A stretch of DNA of 62,179 nt, counting the filler. It is 5 parts of 5 records of this genome, joined end to end, with 100 filler letters (N's around TTAATTAATTAA, not from the genome) between each part and the next. Parts side by side here need not be neighbours in the genome. Positions count along the whole stretch, not along the records: positions 49,641 to 56,214 come from SRR31156797_13803; positions 56,315 to 62,179 come from SRR31156797_13828; 3 more parts are not named here. One strand, 5' to 3'. A model generated the notes under the pieces. That model saw only the letters and a program-made list of their open reading frames with translations, had not been told where the DNA came from and ran no database searches. The stretch's first letter is position 1; every line of letters starts with the position of its first letter. Both the position numbers and the translations under genes were made by a program. This document shows positions 51,472-61,515 of the stretch, one piece after another.

Positions 51472-52931
51472 AGAAATTACTTTCTGTGTTCATAATAACA
51501 CTTTTTGCCGCGTCTTGTTCAATGGCTCCAAAGAAAAAAGATCTTGCTAAGGAACAGAAGGCTCCGGATAAGTTCTCTGCTCAAACTGCTACGGTAAGTG
51601 AAGATGATGTTTCTCCATACAGGTGGTGGGAAAGATTTAATGACGAAACTCTTAATGAACTTGTTGATAAGGCGATTGTTAACAATCTTGATGTTCTTAT
51701 CGCAATAAGTCGTGTGAGTGTGCTTGACAGTCAGTTCAATGTGGCAAGAAGACTTCGTTTCCCAATGGTTTCAGGAAAGGCCGGTGGATCTTATGGACAG
51801 GCACCTGCAATGGATGTCAGCGGTGGTTTAAACCAGCAGACTGGGGAAATGGAAATGCAGACAGGTTATAAGTCTCAATCGTCTGATAGTTACACGCTTA
51901 ATCTCGGGCTTTCATTTGAACTTGATATCTGGGGAAGGCTTAAAAGTCAGGAAAAATCTGTCATTGCGAACCTGATGTCAACAAAGGAAGATCTTCAGAC
52001 GGTATATCTATCTGTTATTTCTCAGACTATAATGCTTTATAATGATATCGTGGAGTTGCAGTCAGTTAGAAGATATGATGAGGAACTTTTTGAAATTACT
52101 AAGAAACTTCATGAGATCTCAAAACAGAAATATGAGTCGGGATCAAGCTCTATGACCGAAGTTGAACAGAGTTTTCAGCAACTTGAAAGTGCGCAGGCGA
52201 CTTTAAATTCTTCTTCTAGCGACCTGAAGAAAAAGATCAATTCTCTGCTTGTACTAGTTGGAGAATATCCAAAAGGTTTTCTTGATGCAACAGGGACTGA
52301 ACTTCCCCAAAATTATGATCCCATTCCGGCGGGACTTCCTTCAACGTTATTAAAGAATAGACCTGATATTAAATCAGCGCAGTTCAAGGTTGAAGCTGCC
52401 AGACAGGATGTGGGAGTTGCAAGGGCGGATCTTTTTCCAAAGATATCGCTCACAGGATTGTTCGGCTATCTAAATGTGATGGAATTCACCAAACTCTTTT
52501 CAGGAGATTTCCTCACAGCCTCAGCAGGAGTTAATGTAGATTATTCAATAGCAGGACTGAGCAAATATGCAGTTGTAGATCAAAAACTAGTTCTTTATCA
52601 ACAGGCTCAGTTAAATTATAAAAAGACAGTGCTTAATGCTTTTAGAGAAGTTGAAGATGCACTACTCACCCTTGAAAACGCTGATATTCAAAAAGAAAGT
52701 GCAAAAAAACGACTTGAATCAATGCAGAATATCTATGAAAATGCAAAAAGCCGATATGAAAAAGGAGTCTATCCTTATTCAGCACTCCTAGAACTCAAAA
52801 AGAACATCATCTCAATGAAAAAACTCAATCTTACAATCACAAAAGGAGCGATCCTTTCAAGAGTTCAACTTCATAGAGCACTTGGTGGAAACTGGATAGA
52901 GAAAGAAGAGAAGAAAGAGGAAAAGAAATAG
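51468..52931 (+). CDS. Outer-membrane efflux lipoprotein (NodT/TolC family)
   Basis: Lipobox AASC, WWERFND, ELDIWG, PSTLLKNRPDI, ALGGNW. Confidence 0.93.
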   Translation: MKKLLSVFIITLFAASCSMAPKKKDLAKEQKAPDKFSAQTATVSEDDVSPYRWWERFNDETLNELVDKAIVNNLDVLIAISRVSVLDSQFNVARRLRFPMVSGKAGGSYGQAPAMDVSGGLNQQTGEMEMQTGYKSQSSDSYTLNLGLSFELDIWGRLKSQEKSVIANLMSTKEDLQTVYLSVISQTIMLYNDIVELQSVRRYDEELFEITKKLHEISKQKYESGSSSMTEVEQSFQQLESAQATLNSSSSDLKKKINSLLVLVGEYPKGFLDATGTELPQNYDPIPAGLPSTLLKNRPDIKSAQFKVEAARQDVGVARADLFPKISLTGLFGYLNVMEFTKLFSGDFLTASAGVNVDYSIAGLSKYAVVDQKLVLYQQAQLNYKKTVLNAFREVEDALLTLENADIQKESAKKRLESMQNIYENAKSRYEKGVYPYSALLELKKNIISMKKLNLTITKGAILSRVQLHRALGGNWIEKEEKKEEKK

Positions 52932-52937
52932 ATGTCA

Positions 52938-53044
52938 GACCTCATCCTCACTCCTTCTCAATCACGGAAAAGGAAGCAGTTTAAATTGGGAAGATGTTGG
53001 CTTTAAGTCCCTTGCCTTTTAGGTAAGGGATTTAGGGAAAGGTC
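52938..53044. repeat. Nested palindromic (REP/MITE-like) element between convergent genes
   Basis: Outer arms GACCTcaTCCT...AGGGAAAGGTC enclose hairpins TCCTTCTC/GGAAAAGGA and AGTCCCTTGCCT/AGGTAAGGGATT. Confidence 0.55.
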
Positions 53045-53074
53045 AGAGGATAGGGGATTCTAGGTGCGTGGAAT

Positions 53075-53740
53075 TCAAAGTTTCCCATTCCCATGAAATG
53101 AATAATGCCCGTTTTTAGTTAAGATCACATGATCGATCACTTCAATTCCTAATATCTGTCCTGCTTTCATGAGTTTTTGTGTCATTTCAATGTCTTCAAG
53201 AGATGGTTCAATGTTTCCTGATGGATGATTGTGCGCAATAACAATGGACGCAGCTCTATCTGTAAATGCGGGAGCAAAGACCTCTCTTGGATGAACAAGC
53301 GATCTGTTGAGCGTGCCGATAAAGACGACTCTTGTTTTTATAACGGTGTTAGCTCCATCAAGTGTTACTGTGACAAAATGTTCCTGTTTTTTTATTGCAT
53401 ATTCATTTAATAATGCTGCTATGTCTTTTGAATGGGTGATGGTAAGTGCTTCAGGACTCTCATAATGTCTTCTTGCAAGTTCAAATGCTGCAGTTAGTTG
53501 ACATGCTTTTGCTGTTCCAATTCCTTCAATTTGTGAAAGTTTTTTTATGGTGATTCCTTCAGCCCCTTCTTTTTTGAGAATCTTGTCAATCGACTTTGCA
53601 ATTTTAAGCACGGGCATCCCTTTAAAACCGCTACCGAGAATCAGTGCGATGAGTTCATAGTTTTTAAGTGTAAGTGGTCCTTTTTGCAGTATTTTCTCTC
53701 TAGGCTTGTCGTCTTTGTAAAGTTCTTTGATCTGTTTCAT
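53075..53740 (-). CDS. radC: RadC-family JAB-domain protein
   Basis: KPREK, GIGTAKA, VHPREVF, HNHPSG, IDHVI. Confidence 0.95.
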   Translation of the reverse strand: MKQIKELYKDDKPREKILQKGPLTLKNYELIALILGSGFKGMPVLKIAKSIDKILKKEGAEGITIKKLSQIEGIGTAKACQLTAAFELARRHYESPEALTITHSKDIAALLNEYAIKKQEHFVTVTLDGANTVIKTRVVFIGTLNRSLVHPREVFAPAFTDRAASIVIAHNHPSGNIEPSLEDIEMTQKLMKAGQILGIEVIDHVILTKNGHYSFHGNGKL

Positions 53741-53884
53741 TGCTCTTTTAATAATAATAATTAACAAAAACTATATGCAAACTTGCATTAGATTATATAA
53801 TTGTCCGTTTTTTTTGCAATTTAATTATGTAAGTATAAAATCCCTGTGAATTTGGTTTTTTTGATTTTTTTATGGAGTAGATTT

Positions 53885-55540
53885 ATGTCTGTGAAAGAAG
53901 AATTCTTGAAATGGAAAGAAGGTTCCTATCAGAAAACAGTGTCAAGGTTCCCTGAAAGAAAAGAACAGTTTAAAACTTCATACAACGATGAGGTCAGACC
54001 TGTCTATTTCCCTGAAGATGCGGATGATGAATATCTTAAGACAATGAACTTTCCCGGAAACTTTCCGTACACAAGAGGTGTTCAACCCACAATGTACAGA
54101 GGAAGATTCTGGACAATGCGTCAGTATGCAGGTTTTGGAACTGCTGAAGAGTCCAATAATAGATACAAATATTTACTTAAAAACGGTCAGACAGGACTTT
54201 CTGTTGCTTTTGACCTTCCAACTCAGATCGGTTACGACTCAGATCATCCAATGAGTGATGGTGAAGTTGGAAAAGTCGGTGTTGCGATCGATTCTTTGAA
54301 GGATATGGAAATTCTTTTTGATGGAATTCCTCTGGGTGAAGTTTCAACATCAATGACAATTAATTCCACGGCTTCAGTTTTGCTTGCAATGTATATCGCT
54401 GTTGCAGAAAAACAGGGATACTCAGCTGATAAGCTTACTGGAACAATTCAGAATGATATTCTCAAGGAATATATCGCAAGAGGAACTTACAGATTCCCTC
54501 CGAAACCTTCCATGAGACTTATTAATGATATTTTTGAATACTGCTCACAGAAAGTTCCAAGATGGAATACAATTTCCATTTCCGGATATCATATTCGTGA
54601 AGCCGGTTCAAATGCAGTTCAGGAAGTTGCATTTACACTTGCTGACGGTATCGCCTATGTTGATGCTGCTATCAAATCAGGTCTTGATGTTGATGTTTTT
54701 GCTCCTAGACTTTCATTTTTCTTTAATGCTCACAACGATCTTCTTGAAGAAGTTGCAAAGTTTAGAGCAGCTAGAAGACTCTGGTCAGAGATCATGAAGG
54801 ACCGTTTTGGAGCAAAGAAAGCAAAATCAATGATGCTTCGTTTTCACACTCAGACTGCAGGTTGTACTCTTACAGCTCAGCAGCCTGATAATAATATTGT
54901 CAGAGTTGCGATCCAGACACTCGCTGCTACTCTTGGCGGAACACAGTCACTTCATACAAACAGTCGTGATGAAGCACTTGCTCTTCCAACAGAAGACAGT
55001 GTACGAATTGCACTTAGAACTCAGCAGATCGTTGCTTATGAAAGTGGAATCGCTGACACAGCTGATCCTCTTGCAGGAAGTTACTATGTTGAAGAGCTCA
55101 CAGAAAAGATCTATCAGCAGGCAAAAAGTTATATCGCTCGCATTGATGATCTCGGCGGAATGGTCGAAGCTATTGAAAAAGGATTTGTTCAGCAGGAAAT
55201 TCAGGACAGTGCATACAGCTATCAGCTTGAAGTTGAAAAAGGAGAGCAGGTTGTTGTCGGTGTTAATAAGTTCCAGGTTAAAGAAGATCCTCCTTCAAAC
55301 CTTCTTAAAGTCGATCGTTCGATACAGGTCTCTCAGATCAGCAAGATCAACGATGTGAAAGATTCAAGAGATGAGCAGGTTGTAAAGGAAAGACTTGAAG
55401 ACATAAAAAAGACAGCACAAACAGATGAAAACCTTATGCCTAAGATACTTGAGGCGGTTAAAGTCTATGCTACGCTTGGTGAGATCACAGGCACACTGCA
55501 GGAAATTTTTGGTGAACATAAAGAATCAGTTGTTCTTTAG
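53885..55540 (+). CDS. Methylmalonyl-CoA mutase, substrate-binding subunit (split type)
   Basis: [15 protein letters not shown] (Tyr), ARGTY (Arg), [16 protein letters not shown]. Confidence 0.93.
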   Translation: MSVKEEFLKWKEGSYQKTVSRFPERKEQFKTSYNDEVRPVYFPEDADDEYLKTMNFPGNFPYTRGVQPTMYRGRFWTMRQYAGFGTAEESNNRYKYLLKNGQTGLSVAFDLPTQIGYDSDHPMSDGEVGKVGVAIDSLKDMEILFDGIPLGEVSTSMTINSTASVLLAMYIAVAEKQGYSADKLTGTIQNDILKEYIARGTYRFPPKPSMRLINDIFEYCSQKVPRWNTISISGYHIREAGSNAVQEVAFTLADGIAYVDAAIKSGLDVDVFAPRLSFFFNAHNDLLEEVAKFRAARRLWSEIMKDRFGAKKAKSMMLRFHTQTAGCTLTAQQPDNNIVRVAIQTLAATLGGTQSLHTNSRDEALALPTEDSVRIALRTQQIVAYESGIADTADPLAGSYYVEELTEKIYQQAKSYIARIDDLGGMVEAIEKGFVQQEIQDSAYSYQLEVEKGEQVVVGVNKFQVKEDPPSNLLKVDRSIQVSQISKINDVKDSRDEQVVKERLEDIKKTAQTDENLMPKILEAVKVYATLGEITGTLQEIFGEHKESVVL

Positions 55541-55549
55541 GAGGACAAA

Positions 55550-55942
55550 ATGGCAAAGATAAGAGTTTTAGTTGCAAAACCCGGTCTTGACGGCCACGAC
55601 AGAGGTGCAAAATTCGTTGCAAGAGCATTGAGAGATGCAGGAATGGAAGTAATTTACACGGGTCTTCGTCAGACTCCTGAATCAATTGTGAACGCAGCAA
55701 TTCAGGAAGATGTTGATGCAGTCGGTCTTTCAATTCTCAGCGGTGCACACAATACACTTCTTCCTAAAGTTGTTGAACTTTTAAAGGAAAAGGGAGCTGA
55801 TGATATTCTAGTTTTTGGTGGTGGAGTTATTCCTGAAAGCGATATTCCATTTTTAAAGGAAAATGGTGTTAAAGCTGTTTTTACTCCGGGAACTCCTTCA
55901 GACGAATTTATCAAATTTCTTGAAGAGAACGTTAAGAAATAA
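55550..55942 (+). CDS. Cobalamin-binding subunit of the mutase
   Basis: [10 protein letters not shown] (DxHxxG), SILSGAH, GGVIP. Confidence 0.95.
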   Translation: MAKIRVLVAKPGLDGHDRGAKFVARALRDAGMEVIYTGLRQTPESIVNAAIQEDVDAVGLSILSGAHNTLLPKVVELLKEKGADDILVFGGGVIPESDIPFLKENGVKAVFTPGTPSDEFIKFLEENVKK

Positions 55943-56214
55943 TGGAAAACGGATCTTCGCTCAAAATGCCTGACGGTTCTGTGAATTTCAGAGCGCTTGC
56001 AAAACTTATCACAAAAATTGAAAATGACAGGTTCGGGCAGGAAGATGTTCTTAGCGATATGTATAAAGAAAAGACCGATACCTCAGTGATCGGAATAACA
56101 GGCCCTCCAGGAGCTGGTAAAAGTTCTCTCACAGATGTGATAATTGCTCACTACAGAAGCATGGGAAAAACTGTCGGTGTAGTTGCAGTTGACCCAAGCT
56201 CTCCATTTTCTGGT
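55942..56214 (+). CDS. meaB: Mutase-associated GTPase MeaB, 3'-truncated
   Basis: GITGPPGAGKSS, AVDPSSPFSG. Confidence 0.92.
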
Positions 56215-56314
56215 NNNNNNNNNNNNNNNNNNNNNNNNNNNNNNNNNNNNNNNNNNNNTTAATTAATTAANNNNNNNNNNNNNNNNNNNNNNNNNNNNNN
56301 NNNNNNNNNNNNNN
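56215..56314. other. Artificial contig linker
   Basis: N runs with TTAATTAATTAA. Confidence 0.99.
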
Positions 56315-56341
56315 AAAGAACCATTTATGGACAGGCGCTAT

Positions 56342-57952
56342 TTATTTGGGAGATTTACCGTCCTTCCACCAAAGTTCGTCCGATGGAGTCATCATGCCCC
56401 AGATAGTGTCTTCCATGCCCATTATGTCCTTGTGCATAACCGTGTGATATGCGGGCTGGTGTAAAAATATGATCGGAAGATCTTCGGATATCAGTTTCTG
56501 AAATTCACCATAAAGGGCTTTACGCTTGTTAACATCGATTTCCACAGCCGCCTTGTCCAGAATCTCGTCAACCTTGGGGTTGTTATACCCGCCCGTGTTG
56601 GACCAGGGGATATGCTTGATGTTCTTGCTGTGGAAAAGTCGATGAACGCCGATGATCGGATCGGGATAAGAGAAAACGACATCAAGGGTCATCTCGAATT
56701 GCCAGGAAGCAATCATTTTGATCCAGGGGCCGAAACCGGAAGGGCGCCTTAACTGGATGTCGATGCCGACCTTTTTAAGCTGAGGTTTGAGATATTCGGC
56801 TATGACCTGGTTGTCGTCATACACGCCTGGCAGCCAATCCAGGGTAGTGGTGAAGCGCTTGCCGTCCTTCATGGGGTAACCCGCTTCATCCAGCAGTTTT
56901 TTCGCCTTTTCCAGATCGTATTCATATTTAACCGTGCTTGCAGAATAATAGGGATTGGTTTCCGGTAAAATCGGTCCGTCGGCCGGCCTGGCCAGGCCTT
57001 TTTGCAGTTTTTCCAATATAAATTTCATATCAATGGCGTGAGCAATGGCCTTACGGACCCGGGGATCGTCAAACGGCTTTTTGCGCAGATTCATTTCAAT
57101 GTAGGCAAATGCGCCGATAGCATCGTAGCCCGTTGATACTATGCTGAGATGCTTCATTTTTTTCATTTTCATGATGTTGCTAAGGCGCATGCCGCCGTTA
57201 AATCCTCCGGTGTGAACCGTTTGATTCTTAAAGGCGGCCTCGACAGCCGTGGGATCCTGTATTTTTACACCTATGTAGCGATCCATATAAGGCCGGCCCG
57301 GACGCAGAAACTTGTCAAATCTTTCCAATGTAAAGGATTCCCCGGGCTTGTATTCGACAAGCTTGAACGGGCCCGAGCCGATCGGCGCAACGTTGGCCGG
57401 GTGCTTGCGGATTTCCTGTCCGTCGCCGAAAACATGCTTGGGCAGGATAGGGCAGAGCACCGGCGACAAGCTGAGCATCAAGGCCGGTTGGGGGCGACTC
57501 AGCTTTATAACCACGGTGTTGGCGTCGGGCGTTTCCACCGCCGTCACCGGGCCGAACATGGGGCCGCCGAAGGGGTGGTTGTTTTTTACTATGTCTATGG
57601 AAAAGGCTACGTCCGCGGATGTTACCGGCTTGCCGTCATGAAAAGTAGTGCCTTCCATTAAATGAAAGGTGTAGGTCAAGCCGTCATCGGCTATTTCCCA
57701 CGATTTGGCCAGGTAGGGGACGGGATTCCACTGGTTGTCGAATTCGACCAGGCTGACGAAAATCTGCGCGGCGGCAATCTGGATGGCGGCGCCGGACTGA
57801 ATGGCGCTGTTGAAGTGAGGCGGAAACATGCCGTAAACGGCTTTTAAATCCCCGCCTTGTTTTGGAGTATCGGCCGGCGCCGGCCCGGCGGCAAAGAGCG
57901 TGAAAACCATAAGGACAGATAAAACGACTAGAAACTTGCCTTTCAAACCCAT
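56342..57952 (-). CDS. ABC transporter substrate-binding protein, family 5 (peptide/nickel)
   Basis: Signal peptide, PYLAKSWE..DGLTYTFHL, FHDGKPVTSADV, GSGPFK, VRKAIAHAID. Confidence 0.93.
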   Translation of the reverse strand: MGLKGKFLVVLSVLMVFTLFAAGPAPADTPKQGGDLKAVYGMFPPHFNSAIQSGAAIQIAAAQIFVSLVEFDNQWNPVPYLAKSWEIADDGLTYTFHLMEGTTFHDGKPVTSADVAFSIDIVKNNHPFGGPMFGPVTAVETPDANTVVIKLSRPQPALMLSLSPVLCPILPKHVFGDGQEIRKHPANVAPIGSGPFKLVEYKPGESFTLERFDKFLRPGRPYMDRYIGVKIQDPTAVEAAFKNQTVHTGGFNGGMRLSNIMKMKKMKHLSIVSTGYDAIGAFAYIEMNLRKKPFDDPRVRKAIAHAIDMKFILEKLQKGLARPADGPILPETNPYYSASTVKYEYDLEKAKKLLDEAGYPMKDGKRFTTTLDWLPGVYDDNQVIAEYLKPQLKKVGIDIQLRRPSGFGPWIKMIASWQFEMTLDVVFSYPDPIIGVHRLFHSKNIKHIPWSNTGGYNNPKVDEILDKAAVEIDVNKRKALYGEFQKLISEDLPIIFLHQPAYHTVMHKDIMGMEDTIWGMMTPSDELWWKDGKSPK

Positions 57953-58205
57953 CTTCTCCTCCTTGAAAAAAAGTAAACTTTTCTTAAAGCGGCGCTTGCC
58001 GCGAATTCACTTTTTCCAGCTCACCAAAGCCGCCAATTTTCCTCAAAAATTATTAAGCCGGGAAAAAAGGCATAATACTTTTCGTAGGAAGACGATTGCT
58101 CGCCGTCTCGTGGATTATCAGACTTTTAATTTATTTAAGTTTAAACTATGTTGTCGTTCACTGTCAAACTAATATACTACAGTCGCCTTTTAACATCGCC
58201 TCCGT

Positions 58206-59018
58206 TTAAACCGCCTCGGATGAGCTTTGGGGCCCGCTCAACAGGGTTCCTCCATCAATGCGCATGGTCTCGCCGGTCATGTAACTTGATGCTTCCGAAG
58301 CCAGGAACACCATGCCGCCCACTATTTCTTCCGTTTCCGCTATACGGCCCATGGGGACCTGGCTGGACATGGCCGCCCTGGCCGCCTCTTGTTGATCCGG
58401 CGGGAGATGGGCCCACAAATCCGTCAGAAGCCGCGTGGCTACATAACCCGGCGCGATTGCGTTAACCCTTATATTATAGGGCGCCAATTCCAGAGCCATG
58501 GACTGGGTGACGCTGAGAATGGCCGCCTTGGAAACGGAATACACTCCCAGATTGGGAGCAGGCTTTTCCCCCGCGATGGATGAAATATTTATTATCGACC
58601 CGCCGCCGCGGTTTTTCATGATCCTCGCCGCGGCCTGGCTCAGGAAATACAAGCTCTTCAGATTCAGGTTCATAACCGCGTCCCAGAGTCGTTCTTCCGT
58701 GTGCAGGCAATCGGCATAAGCCGGGGACCGGCCGGCATTGTTAACCAGTATGTCCAGTCCGCCCCACTCATCCATGATTTGATCCGTAACGGCTTCAATA
58801 TTCTCTACTCGGCTGAGGTTGGCGACGACAGCCAGGCCGCGTTGTCCGGCATCCTCAATATCTTTTACCGCATCGGCCAGATCGTCCCGGCTCCGGCCGC
58901 AAACCGCTACGTCCGCCCCGGCCCGGGCGAACGCCAAAGCCGCGGCCCGTCCTATTCCACGGCTGCCGCCAGTGACAAGCGCAATCTTCCCATTAAGGGA
59001 GAATAAATCAGTAGTCAT
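58206..59018 (-). CDS. SDR-family oxidoreductase
   Basis: TGGSRGIG, LVNNAG, YSVSK, RVNAIAPG. Confidence 0.95.
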   Translation of the reverse strand: MTTDLFSLNGKIALVTGGSRGIGRAAALAFARAGADVAVCGRSRDDLADAVKDIEDAGQRGLAVVANLSRVENIEAVTDQIMDEWGGLDILVNNAGRSPAYADCLHTEERLWDAVMNLNLKSLYFLSQAAARIMKNRGGGSIINISSIAGEKPAPNLGVYSVSKAAILSVTQSMALELAPYNIRVNAIAPGYVATRLLTDLWAHLPPDQQEAARAAMSSQVPMGRIAETEEIVGGMVFLASEASSYMTGETMRIDGGTLLSGPQSSSEAV

Positions 59019-59119
59019 AATGTTAAAACCTCCGCTGGTTTTCATTATTAAAATTCTTCGAATATTACTATTGGAAAAAAGAACCATCTATGGATAGACA
59101 CAAATTGCTCCGTCTCCAA

Positions 59120-60295
59120 CTAAGTCACAGCCCGGACAAGCAGATCCACAACCCGGTCGATTTCGATCATTTTATCCAACGGCCGGTCATTTTGCAGAAA
59201 CAACCAGCGAATGGCCATATGGCTGAACGAACCCAAAAACAGAATCCGAAAGATCCTGGGATTTACATCTTTTCTAAATACTCCTGCCGCCTGGCCTTCG
59301 GTGATTGCTGTTTCGAAATGGTGAAGGTATTCACTGAAGCTTTCATACGCCTCGGATTTGTAAAACGACATGTTGAACAAAATCTGAGTCAGAAAAACCT
59401 GGAGAAACGTCCGGTTGGTGGTGTAAAGCATGAAGTGATACCTGATTAACCGACGCAGCCGCCGAACCGGGTCCTGAATATCGAAAATCCGGGGTACGGT
59501 CGCCATGTGCTCCTGAAACCGGCGGTTGGCCACTGAAAAAAGCAGATCGTCCTTGTTCTTGAAATAGTCGTATATTGTTCCTTCAGCCACTCCGGCCTCC
59601 CGGGCCACCAGCGCGATCGTGGCCTTGGGAAAAGGATTTTCCGAAAAAATCTTTTCGGCCGCATCCAGAATAAGCTGCCTCTTGTTAGTCTCCGGCGTCG
59701 TCGGCCCTTCGGTTAGCATGGGCATGACCAAAGACATGATGTCGTCGAAATCATCAACGCCGGCCCTGGTCTCGCCCAGAGCCATGCAACTGATGGCCTG
59801 GATGTCCAATACGCCGTATATCATATCCCGGATCAATCGTAATTCCAGGTCGGGTCTGAACGCCCCGCTATTGACCCCATGGCGAAGTATATCCCTCAGG
59901 TAACGGGTATGGTCCAACAGTGGTTCGCGACCAGGGGAAGAATAGAATTCCTTGTTCGAGCGACATTCAAATAAAAGTATCCGGGTATAGTCCTGGTTGC
60001 GGTCGTGGTACTGAAGGCCGGTCCAGATAAACTTGCTGAGCCTTGATCCGGCGTCGCGGATGCCCTGGAGTTGATCGTTGAGTTGATCGATCGATTCCTT
60101 GATCTTACTGTACGCGACTTCGAAAAGAACATCCTGTTTTCCATTAAAATATTGATATAAAAGAGAATCTGAGACTTGAGCTTTGCGGGCGATGCCGGCT
60201 ATGGTTGTGCCTTCCAATCCTTTTTCCGCAATCAGACTCTCTGCCGAGGCCAAAATTCTTTTTTGGGTTTCATTCATGGAAAAATAGTCTCCCAT
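59120..60295 (-). CDS. Tandem double TetR/AcrR regulator
   Basis: Two HTH domains: IARKAQVSDSLLYQYF and VAREAGVAEGTIYDYFKNK. Start may be 60277. Confidence 0.9.
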   Translation of the reverse strand: MGDYFSMNETQKRILASAESLIAEKGLEGTTIAGIARKAQVSDSLLYQYFNGKQDVLFEVAYSKIKESIDQLNDQLQGIRDAGSRLSKFIWTGLQYHDRNQDYTRILLFECRSNKEFYSSPGREPLLDHTRYLRDILRHGVNSGAFRPDLELRLIRDMIYGVLDIQAISCMALGETRAGVDDFDDIMSLVMPMLTEGPTTPETNKRQLILDAAEKIFSENPFPKATIALVAREAGVAEGTIYDYFKNKDDLLFSVANRRFQEHMATVPRIFDIQDPVRRLRRLIRYHFMLYTTNRTFLQVFLTQILFNMSFYKSEAYESFSEYLHHFETAITEGQAAGVFRKDVNPRIFRILFLGSFSHMAIRWLFLQNDRPLDKMIEIDRVVDLLVRAVT

Positions 60296-60361
60296 TTAGG
60301 ATCTGGTGGATGATAGCAATATTCCGCCTTCCTGATTTTACCATGGATTTAATTGCTATAA

Positions 60362-60374
60362 TGAGCAATATTCA
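60362..60374. promoter_or_regulatory. Putative TetR operator 1
   Basis: TGAGCAATATTCA, just downstream of a minus-strand TTGACA (60382-60387). Confidence 0.6.
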
Positions 60375-60473
60375 GCTCTTTTGTCAATAATTAATTTAGG
60401 AAAATAGAAAATGAGGAATGATAGATAACCAGAAAATGTTTGTATACGTGCATATCGAAGGCAAAAAAATATC

Positions 60474-60502
60474 TTGACAGTCCTTGGGCCTGCTCTTATA
60501 AT
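60474..60502 (+). promoter_or_regulatory. Consensus sigma70 promoter for the liv operon
   Basis: TTGACA-N17-TATAAT. Confidence 0.85.
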
Positions 60503-60504
60503 CC

Positions 60505-60517
60505 TGAATATCGCTCA
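60505..60517. promoter_or_regulatory. Putative TetR operator 2
   Basis: TGAATATCGCTCA over the predicted start site; 12/13 identical to the reverse complement of operator 1. Confidence 0.6.
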
Positions 60518-60643
60518 ATATAGTTTAAATATGAACGCTGATTTGCGTGCCCACGGCAAGAAATTACCGGCTTAAAAGCCGGACGGCATAATAAGGCCGG
60601 CCAAAACCGGCCTCAAACGCTCGAAACCTCTACCGGGAGGCAA

Positions 60644-61513
60644 TTGATGTTCCTGCAGCAACTCGTTACAGGCCTGGCCATGGGCTGTATCTACGCCCTG
60701 GTCGCTCTGGGCTTTGTCTTGGTCTACAAGGCCACCGACATCATAAATTTCGCTCAGGGCGACCTGATGATGATCGGAGCCTTTATCGCCTACACCTTGC
60801 TGAACCTCATGGGCCTGCCCTTCATCGTCGCCGTCCTGGGATCAATGGTCGTCATGGCCTTCATGGGATTCGCGGTCGACAGGGTCATAATTCGTCCCCT
60901 GGTCGGAGAATCCGCCTTTGCCATGATCATGGCCACAATCGGACTGGGCATTTTTCTACGCAGCGCCGCCGGCATGATCTGGGGTTACGATATCTATAAT
61001 TTTGAAGGCGGCTTGAGCGATAACCCGGTGCGGTTTGGGACCATAGCCCTGTCATCCCTGCATGTCTGGATCATCGGCCTGACAGTCGTTCTGATTGGAG
61101 GGCTTTATTACTTTTTTGACCGAACCCGGATCGGCGTGGCCATGGAAGCGGTTTCCCAAAACCAACTGGCAGCCTTTCTCATGGGCATTGGCGTTAAAAG
61201 CGTTTTCGGACGCATCTGGGCCATCAGCGCCATGGCCGCGGCCCTGGCCGGCATCTTGCTCACACCCATACAGTTCCTGAACTACAACATGGGCTTCATA
61301 GGGTTGAAAGCCTTCCCCGCCGCGGTTCTGGGAGGATTCGGCAGTGTGCCCGGCGCCATAGTGGGAGGCGTAATCATAGGCGTCTCAGAATCAATGGCCG
61401 GCATGTACCTGCCCGAAGGATTTAAAACGATCTTTGCCTGGCTGATCCTGATTGCCGTACTGATGATCCGTCCCGAAGGCATTTTCGGCATTCCCGACAA
61501 CAAGAGGGCCTGA
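60644..61513 (+). CDS. livH: Branched-chain amino acid ABC permease
   Basis: GCIYALVALG, INFAQG, AAVLGGFGSVPGA, RPEGIFG. Confidence 0.92.
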   Translation: MMFLQQLVTGLAMGCIYALVALGFVLVYKATDIINFAQGDLMMIGAFIAYTLLNLMGLPFIVAVLGSMVVMAFMGFAVDRVIIRPLVGESAFAMIMATIGLGIFLRSAAGMIWGYDIYNFEGGLSDNPVRFGTIALSSLHVWIIGLTVVLIGGLYYFFDRTRIGVAMEAVSQNQLAAFLMGIGVKSVFGRIWAISAMAAALAGILLTPIQFLNYNMGFIGLKAFPAAVLGGFGSVPGAIVGGVIIGVSESMAGMYLPEGFKTIFAWLILIAVLMIRPEGIFGIPDNKRA

Positions 61514-61515
61514 TT

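Noticed and set aside
53885-55942. Isobutyryl-CoA or other variant mutase
   Set aside because: QYAGF Tyr and ARG Arg specificity residues are the methylmalonyl-CoA type.
30561-56314. Four identical TTAATTAATTAA motifs in N runs
   Set aside because: Artificial six-frame-stop linkers, not biological repeats.
57953-58170. Long leader upstream of the ABC binding protein (TTGACA-N18-TAAACT on the minus strand)
   Set aside because: A promoter is plausible, but no recognisable RNA element or convincing structure was found.
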